From: Thraustochytrium aureum
Taxonomy: Eukaryota
Assembly: GCA_012862495.1 (NCBI GenBank)
Contig: BLSG01000227.1
Location: 1-63,589 of the forward strand
Direction: 5' to 3'
DNA: 63,589 nt
In this document: in pieces, positions 34,954 to 46,855 of the stretch
How positions within the stretch are numbered: the first letter of the stretch is position 1
How the letters are laid out: each line of letters begins with the position of its first letter
The notes under the pieces: model-generated
Told to the model about the DNA's origin: nothing
The model's database searches: none
The model's input: the letters and a program-made list of their open reading frames with translations, nothing else
Made by a program: the position numbers and the translations under genes

Positions 34954-37900
34954 CTAGTAGCTTCCGTAGGACATGGAGCCGCCGCCGCCGACAGGTCTCG
35001 GCGTAGCCGTGTTTGTTTGCGTGAACGAGCCGAGCTTGGAGACCGCTGATGGCGAAGTGGTTCTATCACCAAGAATGAGGTCGCGCCAGAGACGATAGTT
35101 GTCGGCCTTGAGCCCAAAGATGAGAAACACAAAGATGCTCTGCCCCATCACGACAAAGATCAGCATCGTGAGCGAGCCATTCGGGATTCCGCCCGGCTGG
35201 GTCATGCCACAGCCTTGCTGGCCCAGAGGAGCGTTGACTAAACCAGTCACGTCGGCGTCTGTGTTTGTCGCTGGGTCGGGCATGACTGCAAAGTTGCTCA
35301 ACAGGCACTGCACCCAGGCCGTGCCTTCCTCTATGTACGTGTCTTGGTTCACCACCACGCTGATGCGCACCGCGAAGATGTTGGCCCACACAAAGATGAA
35401 AAGCGTGACGAACAGAATCGGAGTCCTGTAAAGGGCGAATCGAGCAAGTGGGCTGCTGCTCTGGGACTCTGCCATGCGGCGAACATGGCGCAAGATCACA
35501 GAGATGACGCCTGCCATGCATATTGTTCCCACAGCGGTCACGATGATCACGTAGTTGTAAAACAGAACCCACTCGGCGTATGGGACGTCTTGGCCCTCGA
35601 TGAAGCAGAACGGGGTGGGCGGTTGGAACCCAATGTGACCCGTCCCGATCGCCGCCGCTGTGACTCCCGCCGACACAGACCAGGCGAGAACATGGTTGAA
35701 GACTCGCGCTCCATCTGTGTTGTGCGTCGCGAGCACGATCTTGCGAAACAGGTCGACAGCAGTGGCCCCCCACCACGTGCATTGGGCCGTTGCGAAAAAA
35801 AGGAGCCAAACGCCCTGCCATGTGCACAGCGACAGACCTGAGGACTCGATGGTGCCAGGTGTGCTGTTGTCCTCGCAAATCACGCTGTCCGGGTCACTAC
35901 TTGACACGACTGCGCCAGCGAACACCGAGATCGAGTTGTTGAGCGAGCAGAACGCAAACCAGAACGTCATGTACTGCGCGTGCTTCTCCTTGAAGATGGT
36001 CCACGTCACAACCAAGAAGAGTGAACAGACGAGGCCGATTGTACTGAGAGCCAGCTGCAACTTGCCGAACGTGTCCAGATCGTCCGCCGCAAGCATTGAC
36101 CCCGTGCACGGCAGCGCGCAGCACGAAAGGGGCGACACGGTTTTCCCGAGTGGGTTGTCAGGGACGACGAGCGGCTCGGGGCACTGGCAAAACTGCTCCT
36201 GCATCGCCTTCAGGTTCGCCACGCTCGCGTTCTCGCCGGCGTACAGAGCGGCGCTCACCGTTGGCTCCACGACGGTTGACCGCAGCGCGCCACTCAGGGT
36301 GCTCGCCTTGATCCCGGTCTGCGCGGCGTACACGCCAAGGAGCGGGAGCTCGCGCAGCTCGGCAAAGACCTGTGCCTCCACCGGAAATTGCGGGAGCCCA
36401 TTCAACGGGTTGCTGCAGTTCCACGTCGTGAGCGACGGGTTGCCGCACTCGCTGACGGAGATGGGGCCGTCGCACGCGACATCCAGCTCTGGAAAACTTC
36501 CGATGAGGTCGGCGCACTCTGTCTTGAACCGCTGGCACATCGCGTTCGATGCAAACCTCGGCAACACAAAGTTGAACGCTCGCCGGTTCTCGGTCGCAGC
36601 GCGTTCTGGGTCCTCGAGCTCGCACCCACCCAGTGACTCGGGGACCAGGCAGAGAGACTTTGCCTCGGGCTTCATGTACGCGAGCCCGCACGTCATCTCT
36701 GTAAACGCGGCTCGGCACCGATACGCAGCGGAAGCGGGGAACCTGGCCATGGCGTCGGCGACGGCGTCGTTCGTGCAGTCTCGGGCGTTGTAGCCCTTGC
36801 GGCCCGTGAGCGGGCTCGTGCACAATGGCGTTTGCGCGCCAGTGTTGCCGAACAGAGGTCGCTGGTCTGGACGCGCCGGGCATGCCTCGGCGTCCCAATT
36901 GTCCGGATTTGCGCGCTCCACCGAGTCGGGGTCCAAGCGCTGACCGAGCGGCGTCGCGCCAGGAAACGGCGGGACGTAGTAAAGACCCCGATACACGTCG
37001 AGTTTGTGCGACGCAAGGCACCCGCCCGTGTCGCGCGCCAACTGCGCAGACGCGTCCACAATAGCCGCGTTGTGGATGACAAGCCAGTCCTGGTTGGCGT
37101 CGGCCCGCACAACATCAGAGCAGATCGAGTCGTGCGGAACGACGTCAATGGCGCGAGCTACAGTTGGTGTTGTCTCGGTTGGCGGCTCACCACACTGGTA
37201 CACGCTGGCGAGCGCCGAGCAGGGAAGCGAGCCGCCGTCCGGCCCAGTTCCACAGTCGACTGGGTTTTGCAGGCTCGCGATGCGCGCGTTGATTATACCC
37301 GCGAGAGCTGGCTGCACATCGATCGGGAAGACATCAAAGGCCACCGCCCCAAGCGGCGAGGGCACCTGCGCTGTGCAGTCCGGTGCAGCACCGAGGATGG
37401 TGAGCATGTTGACCGAGAGGAGCATCGAGGCCGGGTCGCTAATGTTGACAGAGGCGAGCATCTGCTGAAACTCTGCGCGGACGGCCGGATCCGGGTGCGC
37501 AGAGGGCAGCTCTGGTGTAGAAAGGCCCGTGAGCAAAGCCGCGAAAAGACCGGATACCAGGGGGCACTGCGCCGTTTGCGCATTGCTCGAAACTACCGGG
37601 TCAAAGCAGGCAGCGGCGCGGCACGGCAGCTTGGGAACGGCCGCATAACAGCCGGCTCCTGCGATAAACACAAAGCCGAGAGCCTCGCATTGCGCCTGCG
37701 GAATCACTGCGAGGGCCACTGTGTTGGGCACCTTGGGGTCCAGTGGCGGGTTGGTAAAGTCCGGGTTGATGAAGAACGGGTGCAGGAGCTCGCACCTCGG
37801 GAACGCCGCCAGACACGCCGTTCGCTTGAGCGCCGCAACGCAGGACTCGGGCAATAGCAAGAGCAGCTTGGCCACGACCCCCCCAGCTCCCTGCACCGCG

Positions 37901-38019
37901 GAGAACGCTCTGCGCTCGACGTCGCGCTGCGTCTCGTCGCCGGCCAAGTAGATCGGGTAGTCGATGATGCCCGCGCAAAAGGCGGTGCTCCCGTCTTCCG
38001 GCAGAGTCTCCAAGTAGCC
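34954..38019 (-). CDS. Frizzled/Smoothened-like (class F) GPCR with large Cys-rich ectodomain; start in gap
   Basis: Fz-CRD-like segments ('FCAGIIDYPIY..ESCVAALKRTACLAAFPRC', 'YRCRAAFTEMTCGLAY..MCQRFKTEC'), hinge 'CQCPEPLV..CALPC', seven hydrophobic helices with the class F 'WW' in TM3. Confidence 0.82.
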   Translation of the reverse strand, partial: GYLETLPEDGSTAFCAGIIDYPIYLAGDETQRDVERRAFSAVQGAGGVVAKLLLLLPESCVAALKRTACLAAFPRCELLHPFFINPDFTNPPLDPKVPNTVALAVIPQAQCEALGFVFIAGAGCYAAVPKLPCRAAACFDPVVSSNAQTAQCPLVSGLFAALLTGLSTPELPSAHPDPAVRAEFQQMLASVNISDPASMLLSVNMLTILGAAPDCTAQVPSPLGAVAFDVFPIDVQPALAGIINARIASLQNPVDCGTGPDGGSLPCSALASVYQCGEPPTETTPTVARAIDVVPHDSICSDVVRADANQDWLVIHNAAIVDASAQLARDTGGCLASHKLDVYRGLYYVPPFPGATPLGQRLDPDSVERANPDNWDAEACPARPDQRPLFGNTGAQTPLCTSPLTGRKGYNARDCTNDAVADAMARFPASAAYRCRAAFTEMTCGLAYMKPEAKSLCLVPESLGGCELEDPERAATENRRAFNFVLPRFASNAMCQRFKTECADLIGSFPELDVACDGPISVSECGNPSLTTWNCSNPLNGLPQFPVEAQVFAELRELPLLGVYAAQTGIKASTLSGALRSTVVEPTVSAALYAGENASVANLKAMQEQFCQCPEPLVVPDNPLGKTVSPLSCCALPCTGSMLAADDLDTFGKLQLALSTIGLVCSLFLVVTWTIFKEKHAQYMTFWFAFCSLNNSISVFAGAVVSSSDPDSVICEDNSTPGTIESSGLSLCTWQGVWLLFFATAQCTWWGATAVDLFRKIVLATHNTDGARVFNHVLAWSVSAGVTAAAIGTGHIGFQPPTPFCFIEGQDVPYAEWVLFYNYVIIVTAVGTICMAGVISVILRHVRRMAESQSSSPLARFALYRTPILFVTLFIFVWANIFAVRISVVVNQDTYIEEGTAWVQCLLSNFAVMPDPATNTDADVTGLVNAPLGQQGCGMTQPGGIPNGSLTMLIFVVMGQSIFVFLIFGLKADNYRLWRDLILGDRTTSPSAVSKLGSFTQTNTATPRPVGGGGSMSYGSY

Positions 38020-39282
38020 NNNNNNNNNNNNNNNNNNNNNNNNNNNNNNNNNNNNNNNNNNNNNNNNNNNNNNNNNNNNNNNNNNNNNNNNNNNNNNNNN
38101 NNNNNNNNNNNNNNNNNNNNNNNNNNNNNNNNNNNNNNNNNNNNNNNNNNNNNNNNNNNNNNNNNNNNNNNNNNNNNNNNNNNNNNNNNNNNNNNNNNNN
38201 NNNNNNNNNNNNNNNNNNNNNNNNNNNNNNNNNNNNNNNNNNNNNNNNNNNNNNNNNNNNNNNNNNNNNNNNNNNNNNNNNNNNNNNNNNNNNNNNNNNN
38301 NNNNNNNNNNNNNNNNNNNNNNNNNNNNNNNNNNNNNNNNNNNNNNNNNNNNNNNNNNNNNNNNNNNNNNNNNNNNNNNNNNNNNNNNNNNNNNNNNNNN
38401 NNNNNNNNNNCCTATGCTCCGGGAGGTGGACGCGTGCCGAACGAAGGCGGGGCCGAGCCGCCGAGCCGTGCGAAGGCCTACTCCACCAACTCCGAGTCGG
38501 GGGGAAATGGCAACTCGCGAGGGTGTCACCACCTCGGCCTCATCGACCCGCGCTCGACCTCCCTCCCTCCTTGCTCAACGGGGCCAGAGGCAGCTGGGAT
38601 TTGGACCGACGTGACTACGGCGACATTGGCAGATGGCGCGTAGATGGCGCGTAGATTGGACGTGGTCGAGGCAATTGGGTCGAGGTGTGCGTGAAACCTG
38701 CCTGTCATGGTCGTCTGTGCAAAGTTGAGGAGTGAGCAACTCGGGTGACGTCACAGGACACAGATTTGACACAGATGGAGCATCGCGGTCGCGCCGAGGC
38801 CGCCTGGCAGGAGAGATGAGGGCCTGGCAGGGCTGCCACGTGCACCGCTGGTAGCCAGGACGCGGCGACGAAGTCTGGCGGCGCGCGAGGCGCGGGCTTG
38901 CGGAGGGCCAGCGTCGACCCCCAAGATGGCGCCCAACCGCAGTGCGTCAGTCGATCAGGCCGCCGGGGCGCTGGCTGGCCTTGCCGCCCGGCGGCGCGAC
39001 TCACGACAGGCCCTCCTGCACGCGTGCCACGCCCAACATCTGCTTGGGGCTGATGACGCCGGGGAGAGCAGCCCCGAGCCACCCTTGCCTCCTTCCTTCC
39101 TTGCTTCCAGACCCCAATCTTTAGGGCGGCCGAGCGCGAGCCCACCCAGCAGCTCGCTTGCAAGCCTGGGCGTCCCCTGGAGAGCAGCGCCGGCCCCGCT
39201 TGGCGCCGCAGAAGGGGCCGCGAGGCCGCCTCGCTCCTTGTTTCCCGCCGCGGGGCGTGTCGACAAGTGGCTGTGCGGGCGA

Positions 39283-39861
39283 ATGGGCCTCTTGAGGCGC
39301 GTCGTTCTCGGCGCCAACGCCGCAGTCTTGGCCCACTGCGCCGCCACGGCGGCCTGCGTCAGCCCGCCAGAGTGGCTCCTTGAAAGTAACGAGACCGGCG
39401 GCAGCGAGCTGGACGGCACCACCGCGCCAGAGGCCGACGCGCAAGAGCGCAAGCGGCTCGCGACGCTAACAACCGAGTTGTACCGCGGCCAAAAGCGGCA
39501 GGCGCGGCTAGCGACCGCATACAGCGAGGACGCCACGCTCGAGACGCCGCTGTTGTCGATGCGCGGCAAGGAGGCAATCGTGCGGTACTATGCTGCTCTC
39601 AGCGGGCTGTCGCCGGTGCAGCTCAAGTCGCGCGTCGAGCTCGTCGCGGAAAGCCGCGTTCGCGTGGCAATTGTGAACGAGTACTCGCTCATGCGATCGA
39701 CTCGCGTATTGCCAATGGTCGTGGACCTCGAGGTAGACCCGGCCTCTGGACAGGTCGTTGCTCACAGGGAGGAGTGGTTCGGTGAGAGGCGGCGCCTGCC
39801 CGCGTGGCTCGAGCCAACCCGCAAGCTCAACGGGCTGCTGGTCACCGCGCTTTGCGCCTGA
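39283..39861 (+). CDS. NTF2/SnoaL-like domain protein
   Basis: 'AYSEDATLETPLLSMRGKEAIVRYY' and 'GQVVAHREEW' are typical SnoaL/NTF2 patterns. Confidence 0.7.
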   Translation: MGLLRRVVLGANAAVLAHCAATAACVSPPEWLLESNETGGSELDGTTAPEADAQERKRLATLTTELYRGQKRQARLATAYSEDATLETPLLSMRGKEAIVRYYAALSGLSPVQLKSRVELVAESRVRVAIVNEYSLMRSTRVLPMVVDLEVDPASGQVVAHREEWFGERRRLPAWLEPTRKLNGLLVTALCA

Positions 39862-39980
39862 TTTTTTTCTCGTCTGCGGCAACTCGCCGATCCAACAGGG
39901 AATAGAATAAATTCAAAATGCAGTTCGACAGTACCGAGTAGGAATCTCTGGGGACGCGATCGTTGCCGCTGACGAGCTCC

Positions 39981-41189
39981 TCAGAGGTTTGCCGGTGGCG
40001 TGTAGTCGGTGACACGCTCGATGATAGTGGCGTTGGCAGTGCCGCCGCCCTCGCAAATGGCCTGGAGCCCGTAGCGAGCACCGCGGCGCTCGAGCTCGTA
40101 GAGCATGGTGGTCATAATCTTGACGCCGGTCGCGCCAAGCGGGTGGCCCAGGGCGCACGCGCCGCCGTTGACGTTGAGCTTGTCAAAGTCGGCTCCGAGC
40201 TTCTTGGCCCAGGCCACAGGCACGGGCGCAAACGCCTCGTTCACCTCGTACAGGTCCATGTCCTTCATAGTGAGGCCAGAGCGGCGAAACACGTTCTCGG
40301 TGGCCGGGATGGGCCCCTCGAGCATGATGACAGGGTCGCTCCCGGCGAGGTCCATGGCCACAATCTTGGCGCGCGGCTTGAGGCCGAGCTTCTTGAGACC
40401 GCGCTCGTTGCAAATGAGCATGGCTGCGGCGCCGTCGCAGATCTGGCTCGCAGCGCCGGCAGTCACGATCCCACCCTTGGCGAGCGGCTTGAGCTTGGCC
40501 ATCGACTCGAGGCTCGCTTCCGGGCGAATCCCCTCGTCCTTGTCGTGGATGATTTCGTCGCCCTGCTTGTTCTTGCCCTTGAGGGGCACGATCTCGGCCT
40601 TGAATTTGCCGGCCTGCGTCGCTTTGGCGGCCTTGACGTGGCTCTCGTAGGCAAACTTGTCGAGCTCCTCGCGCGTCAGGTTGTGCTTCTTGGCCAGGAG
40701 CTCGGCGCCGGCAAACTGGCTGAACTGCACGCCAGGGCGCTTCTCCTGGATGCCCTTGGCCTCGGACGGCTGCCCGCGGCCGGCCTTGTACGAGTCGATG
40801 ATGTTGGCGCCGATGGGCACCTTGGTCATGTGCTCGAGCCCCATCGCGATGACGACGTCCTGGGTGCCAGACATGACGGCCTGCGCCGCAAAGTGGATCG
40901 CCTGCTGGCCAGAGCCGCACTGGCGGTCCACAGTGGTCCCGGGCACGCTCTCTGGCAGCCTTTTGCTCGCGAGCACGCACATGCGCGCCGCGTTGCCGGC
41001 CTGCCCGCCGACCTGATCCACGACGCCGCCGATCACGTCCTCCACAGCGGCGCCGTCGATCCCAGTCCGCTCCACGAGGCTATCCAGCACGGCCGCGCCG
41101 AGGTCCGCGGGCTCCCAGTCGCGAAACGCGCCGCCCTTGCGTCCGCCGGCCGTGCGGACCGCTTCCACGATGTACGCCGTAAACACCAT
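39981..41189 (-). CDS. Acetyl-CoA acyltransferase (thiolase), bacterial-type, with C-terminal -ANL
   Basis: 'DRQCGSGQQA' (catalytic Cys), 'VNEAF', 'GHPLGATG', 'ICEGGGTANATIIER'. Confidence 0.95.
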   Translation of the reverse strand: MVFTAYIVEAVRTAGGRKGGAFRDWEPADLGAAVLDSLVERTGIDGAAVEDVIGGVVDQVGGQAGNAARMCVLASKRLPESVPGTTVDRQCGSGQQAIHFAAQAVMSGTQDVVIAMGLEHMTKVPIGANIIDSYKAGRGQPSEAKGIQEKRPGVQFSQFAGAELLAKKHNLTREELDKFAYESHVKAAKATQAGKFKAEIVPLKGKNKQGDEIIHDKDEGIRPEASLESMAKLKPLAKGGIVTAGAASQICDGAAAMLICNERGLKKLGLKPRAKIVAMDLAGSDPVIMLEGPIPATENVFRRSGLTMKDMDLYEVNEAFAPVPVAWAKKLGADFDKLNVNGGACALGHPLGATGVKIMTTMLYELERRGARYGLQAICEGGGTANATIIERVTDYTPPANL

Positions 41190-43307
41190 TTTGACCTTGC
41201 TCGTGTTCTTCTGCTGCTCTGGGGTATCTTCTGCCTCGCTCTCGTTCGGGGTCTGCACCTGCAAGCCCGCAGGATACGCCAAGCCCACTCGGCATCGAGG
41301 GACGGACGACACATGGCTCTCCTCTTGGGCAGGGAGGGCGGACGCACTGTGGCTACGAGCGGACTGACGCGGATCGGAACGAAGCGAGGGTGTCGTGGCA
41401 ATGTTGTTGATGTTGTCATGTCGGAGTGGCGGACCGTCGAGAGTAGATCGGCCGCGCTGTCGCGATCTGTTCTGCCATCATGATGCCGGTGTCAAAGTGG
41501 GTACTTACTTCTTAGCTAGCCTACCTTTAGAAGTAAAAGTAGTTGTGCTGCCTTTTGCTCGAGGCGCGACGTGCGGCTTGCCGTTGGGCCTGCCAGTGGC
41601 ATGACACGCGCTTCGGTGCGGGACTCTGCAGCCACTTGCCCGCAAGGCTCGGTGCCCGAGGACATCCCACCGCGTTCCTTCGAGCGCCTTGGCAAGGACT
41701 GAACCCGCTGACCGAAACAGCGCGAGCAGCTTCTTGAAAGCTTGTGCTTGACGCAGAGCGACTTGGCGCGGAATCCGTGTACTTACTGCTTGCCTCGCCG
41801 GCAATGGTGGCTTCCCAACGACACGGGGAACGCACAGCGCATTCGCATGCAACGAGTGACTAGGCCAGAAGCAAAGGCTCTGCGCTCTGCTCGCTCGCAG
41901 TGCTGCGTCCCAACTCCGGAGGGAACTTTTTNNNNNNNNNNNNNNNNNNNNNNNNNNNNNNNNNNNNNNNNNNNNNNNNNNNNNNNNNNNNNNNNNNNNN
42001 NNNNNNNNNNNNNNNNNNNNNNNNNNNNNNNNNNNNNNNNNNNNNNNNNNNNNNNNNNNNNNNNNNNNNNNNNNNNNNNNNNNNNNNNNNNNNNNNNNNN
42101 NNNNNNNNNNNNNNNNNNNNNNNNNNNNNNNNNNNNNNNNNNNNNNNNNNNNNNNNNNNNNNNNNNNNNNNNNNNNNNNNNNNNNNNNNNNNNNNNNNNN
42201 NNNNNNNNNNNNNNNNNNNNNNNNNNNNNNNNNNNNNNNNNNNNNNNNNNNNNNNNNNNNNNNNNNNNNNNNNNNNNNNNNNNNNNNNNNNNNNNNNNNN
42301 NNNNNNNNNNNNNNNNNNNNNNNNNNNNNNNNNNNNNNNNNNNNNNNNNNNNNNNNNNNNNNNNNNNNNNNNNNNNNNNNNNNNNAGTCCGGGACCCGTC
42401 CAACCAGTCGGCACCCGTCCAACCGTGGCGCCAGCCCGAGCTCATCGACGCGTAGAGCGCTTGCTTGCTGGGCGAAAGATGTCATTACTTACCCATAGAC
42501 GACACTGGCATGTTGCGGTGCACAGACTCCGCCGATGCAGCAGCGCCGCAGGGCCGAGTCGGCAGCGAGCTTGAACGTTTTTGCCCTGCAGAGAGCCCGT
42601 GTCCAAGTTGTTGCGCGAGGCTGCGGCCTGCAAGAGCGCGGCGCTCGTTCGCTCGCGCACTCGCTCACTCGCTCGCTCGCTCGCACAAAAGGCAAGTTGC
42701 GGCTTGGCACGCATTGCGTCAAAAGCCACACTCCGCAGCAAGCTGTTACACCCGGGCTAGGGTCCGGCTGAGGCATTGCCAGGCAGCCAAGCGCCGCAGG
42801 ACAAAACCTAAAAACGCGGCCATCTGCGTCGCCAAGCCCTCCTCGCGGCAGACATGTCGCAGCGCATCACGGCGCTCTGCGGGCGAGCACCTGCCTACCC
42901 GCTGCTCGGCTTGCCCACAGGCTTGGCCACGGGCTTGACCGGCCCGCCGCCGCCCCTTCGAAGGCGGGACGAGACATGGTGAGAAGCACACCCAAAGATG
43001 CGATTCTTGCGTTACCGCTGCCGAGCCCCTGCTGAAGCGATCCTCGTGACGCCACAGGTTAGCGCGCGCGCACGCCGTCAGCACTGGCCCAAAACACTCT
43101 GCAGCACCCTGCCGGCTCGGCGCGCAAGGCCGGAACGAGTGGCGCGTGTCGCTCGGCTCGGTCCATTACCGCGCAATCCATGGGTTTCCACCGACCTTGA
43201 CGACGACACTGGACAGACCCGACCCAGTCCAGCGTGGGTGGAGGGAGGCACGAGAGCGGCGCGCTTTCACATCGCCTCGGCGCCCACGCAGTTGAGGGAG
43301 AGGCAGA

Positions 43308-44608
43308 ATGGGCGCGACGGTGGGCAGACTGCTGGGCCTCCACGGCGAGATCCCGTCACCGGGAGGCCCGCACCTGGCAGGCGTCCTGAGGCTGAGACCG
43401 AGCCCAGGCTCGCCTTGGTGCCAAGTGTTCTACCCGGCTCATCCAGACGCCAATTCCCAGGCGGCGGGCGGCGTGCCGTACATGCGGCCGGAAGCCGCGC
43501 GCGGAATGGCAAAGTGGCTCAACTTGCCGTGGCTGGGCTTCGTTTTTGCCGGTAGCTTGCAAAACGTGGCGCACCCTATGGTCGCAGACGCCGAGCTCCA
43601 CCCGCAGTTCGCGCCTGGCAAAGGCAAGCTGCCCTTGTTCATCTTCAGCCATGGCCTCGGTGGCACCTCCGAGATGTACGCGGCGCTCTGCTCGAGCCTC
43701 GCGAGCCACGGCACGATCGTGATCGCCGTGGAGCATGAAGACGGGAGCGGATCATACGCAGAGAATGTGGCGACTGGCGAGGCGGTGTTCTACAAGGCGC
43801 CGCCCAAAGAGCTCAAGTACGAGCGAGAGCCAGTCATGGAGTTCCGCCGGCCCTTTCTTGAGCACCGAAAGGCGGAGATCAAGAGCCTGCTGGGTTGGTC
43901 CAGCAGCTGGCAGCTGGGCGCCCGGGCAGCGCCGCCGTCGCGGACGACCAGGTCGAGTTTGCTCTGCTGGACAGCGATGGAGCAGGCCAGGCCGCGGACC
44001 GCCCGGGCGCAGGCGAGAGCCAGGATGCTGCAAGCACCACCTTCGAGCGTCTCGTTCGCAGCGCCGATTTGGAGCGCATCTTCCTCGGCGGTCATAGCTT
44101 TGGGGCAGCAACCACCGTGCACGCAGCGCACGACGCCGACGTGGCAAGCGCTCTACGCGGCGCGGTTCTGCTCGACTTGTGGCCGTTCCCGCTGCCGCAC
44201 GAGCATGTGGAGCGAGGCATGCCGATAGAGACGCTCTCCATCCTCACGGAGCAGTTCGTGACCAACGGCGAGGTCGGCATCACGCTCGAGATGATCGCCA
44301 ACTCCAACTCGAGCTCCAAGCGGGTGCACTCGTACTTCATCCCTGGGACGACGCACCAACAATACAGCGACGCCCCGTGGTTCATGAGCGCAAGGACTGG
44401 CGCCAAGATGCAGGCCGTGGGCTCGACGCCGCGCGAGGTCTCGCAAACGGCACTCGTGGAATCCATCACCGCGTTCATCGGTGGCGAGCGCGACTTTTCG
44501 CGCCTCGAGCGCGAGCACCCGCTCGAGCGCGTCGAGCCTGACCAGGGCTTCAAAGCCGCCGCGGCCAGCGGGCCTCTGCCAGAAGCCTCCCAGCGAGCAA
44601 CCTCTTGA
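43308..44608 (+). CDS. PAF-acetylhydrolase II-like alpha/beta hydrolase (indel near 43895)
   Basis: 'CQVFYPA', 'IFSHGLGG', 'LASHGTIVIAVEHEDGS', nucleophile 'GHSFG', 'LLDLW', 'GTTHQQYSD'; N-terminal MG may be myristoylated. Confidence 0.85.
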
Positions 44609-44971
44609 GCAGCACCTGTTCTGCTGCTGCTGCTGCTGCTGCTGCTGGAGAGCAGGCAGGCCCTCGAGAGCGGAGCTCCCTGGAGACCGCTCGAGCTNNN
44701 NNNNNNNNNNNNNNNNNNNNNNNNNNNNNNNNNNNNNNNNNNNNNNNNNNNNNNNNNNNNNNNNNNNNNNNNNNNNNNNNNNNNNNNNNNNNNNNNNNNN
44801 NNNNNNNNNNNNNNNNNNNNNNNNNNNNNNNNNNNNNNNNNNNNNNNNNNNNNNNNNNNNNNNNNNNNNNNNNNNNNNNNNNNNNNNNNNNNNNNNNNNN
44901 NNNNNNNNNNNNNNNNNNNNNNNNNNNNNNNNNNNNNNNNNNNNNNNNNNNNNNNNNNNNNNNNNNNNNNN

Positions 44972-46365
44972 CGAGGGGCCAAGGGGTTTTGGTCGGCCTT
45001 CCGCGCCGAGGAGAGCAACGTGAAGGACGGCGTGGAAGGCGGCGGCGACTTTGTTCGTGTGACCAACACGCACAAGTCGCGCGCCGCGGAACTCAACCAG
45101 CTGGTCTTCGCGCAGTGTTTGGCTGGCGCGCACAGGGCTCCCGTGCGGTGCCTCCGGTTCAGCGATGAAGGCATGTTTCTGGGGTCGGCAGACGCGAACG
45201 GCGCGCTCGTGGTGTGGCGCGTCCTGCAGGCGATCAAAGAGGACTTTGAGCAGTGCGAGCCGCAGGGGCGCTGCGAGGCGGGCATGCCGCGGCCGCCGAT
45301 CGGCCCCAAGCTGCTCGCCAGCGACCCGTGGCGCATCTTGCAAGGGCACGACAGCGCCATCGTGGATCTGGCGTGGTCGAAGAGCCAGTTCCTCCTCTCT
45401 GGGTCGGAGGACAGAACCGTGCGCCTCTGGCACGCCCAGCGCGACCAGTGCCTGTACACATTCCGCCACCCAAGCCCCGTCTCGGCGGTAGCCTTTTTGC
45501 CTGGAAACGACTCGTTCTTCGTGTCCGGGTCGGCGGACCAGACGCTGCGGGTGTGGAACATTCCGAGGGCAGCGTGGCCCACTGGCACCCGCTGCCGCTG
45601 CAGGTGACGGCCTTGTCCTTTTCCCGCAACGGGGGGATGGTCATTGTTGGTCTGGAGGACGGGGAGGTGCGGTTTTTCAAGTTTGACGTGAAAGAAGGGC
45701 TCGAGTTTTACACGCAAATCGAGTGCCGCAACCGCCGCGGGACGCAGAGGAAGGGCAAGCGGGTTACTGGCGTGCAGGCCTGCCTGCTGGCGCGCAGTTC
45801 GCGCAACAAGGACAGGGAGCTCGTTTTGGTGACGACGAACGACTCGCGCGTTCGGCTCTGCTCTCTCGACACGTTCCTGTGCCTGTGCAAGTTTAAGGGC
45901 GCCCTCAACGCCTCCTCGCCGATCGCGGCTTCCGTGTCCGAGTATAGCGACCACGTCGTGTGCGCGTCGGAGGATAAGCACGTCTACGTCTGGCGATCGC
46001 AGGGCTACGACTCCGAGTCGAGCGGGCTCGGCGCTCTCGCACCTTCCAAGAAAATTCTCGGCAACGTCGTCAAGAAATGTGCAACCTATGAGGCCTTCCA
46101 GGCGCACAACTGTGCGCTAACCTGCGCGATATTTGCGCCTGCTAGGACGGCGCGAGTCGCGCGGGGAGTCAATATCACGGACATACACTCGCGCAAGCCA
46201 GAGGGCACGGCGCGGGCAAAGGCCGCGAGCTTGGGTTCCGCGGACACGGCCCCGAGCCCGGCCAACGAGGCAAGCTTGGAGGGCTCGTTCATTTTAACGG
46301 GGGGTCTGGACGGCCATATTCACATTTTTGAGAACCGACACCCGGACGGCACGGACGTCGCGTGA
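44972..46365 (+). CDS. WD40 repeat protein, WDR44-like (5' end in gap; indel near 45568)
   Basis: 'GHDSAIVDLAWSKSQFLLSGSEDRTVRLW', 'FFVSGSADQTLRVWNI', 'LVTTNDSRVRL', 'CASEDKHVYVW'. Confidence 0.85.
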
Positions 46366-46855
46366 CCATTCGCGCGAGCGTTGCAAAACTAGCTAGTACA
46401 ACTGTGTTTTTCTTTTCGTTTTCAACTATAGAGATCAGCTCGAACCCGAGAGCTGAGGCCGCCGTCCGCGCGGGGTCAGCCCGAACGCGAAAGCCAAAGC
46501 CGCCGTCCGCGCGAGCTTTTGCGCAAAAGGTCTGTTGCGAGCCGGCAGTTGGGACCGCTGGAGAAGGTCTTGCAAAGAAGGCCAACCCGCGACCGGACAC
46601 GGGAAACTCCCTTTCCAGTTCTTGCGCGAATGCTTCGCGAGCCAGCCAGAGGATACCCCTGCGCAGCTGCGCAAGTGCGCGAAGCGGGGCCGCTGGACAG
46701 CTATTCTTCTTTTGAAGCTGGGTCAGCTCGCGCACTCCAAGTTGATCATCGCCGTGTGGCTCTTGCCGCCAGAGTGCCTGATTCATGCCGAGCCGAAAAG
46801 GGAGCCGCGCCAGCGTTAGCAAGCAAGCGTTGGGACGAGCCGCGGGTGCGACAAC

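Noticed and set aside
34361..34957. Short ORFs on both strands between the two GPCR copies
   Set aside because: No similarity to the GPCR 5' half or to any motif I recognise.
38745..38754. Perfect CRE palindrome GTGACGTCAC upstream of the Frizzled-like gene
   Set aside because: A single short motif in about 55 kb of called sequence is plausible by chance, and nothing else supports it.
39963..41483. Long antisense ORFs opposite the thiolase (also opposite PARP, GPCR and RAD50)
   Set aside because: Shadow ORFs expected from high GC and strong codon bias.
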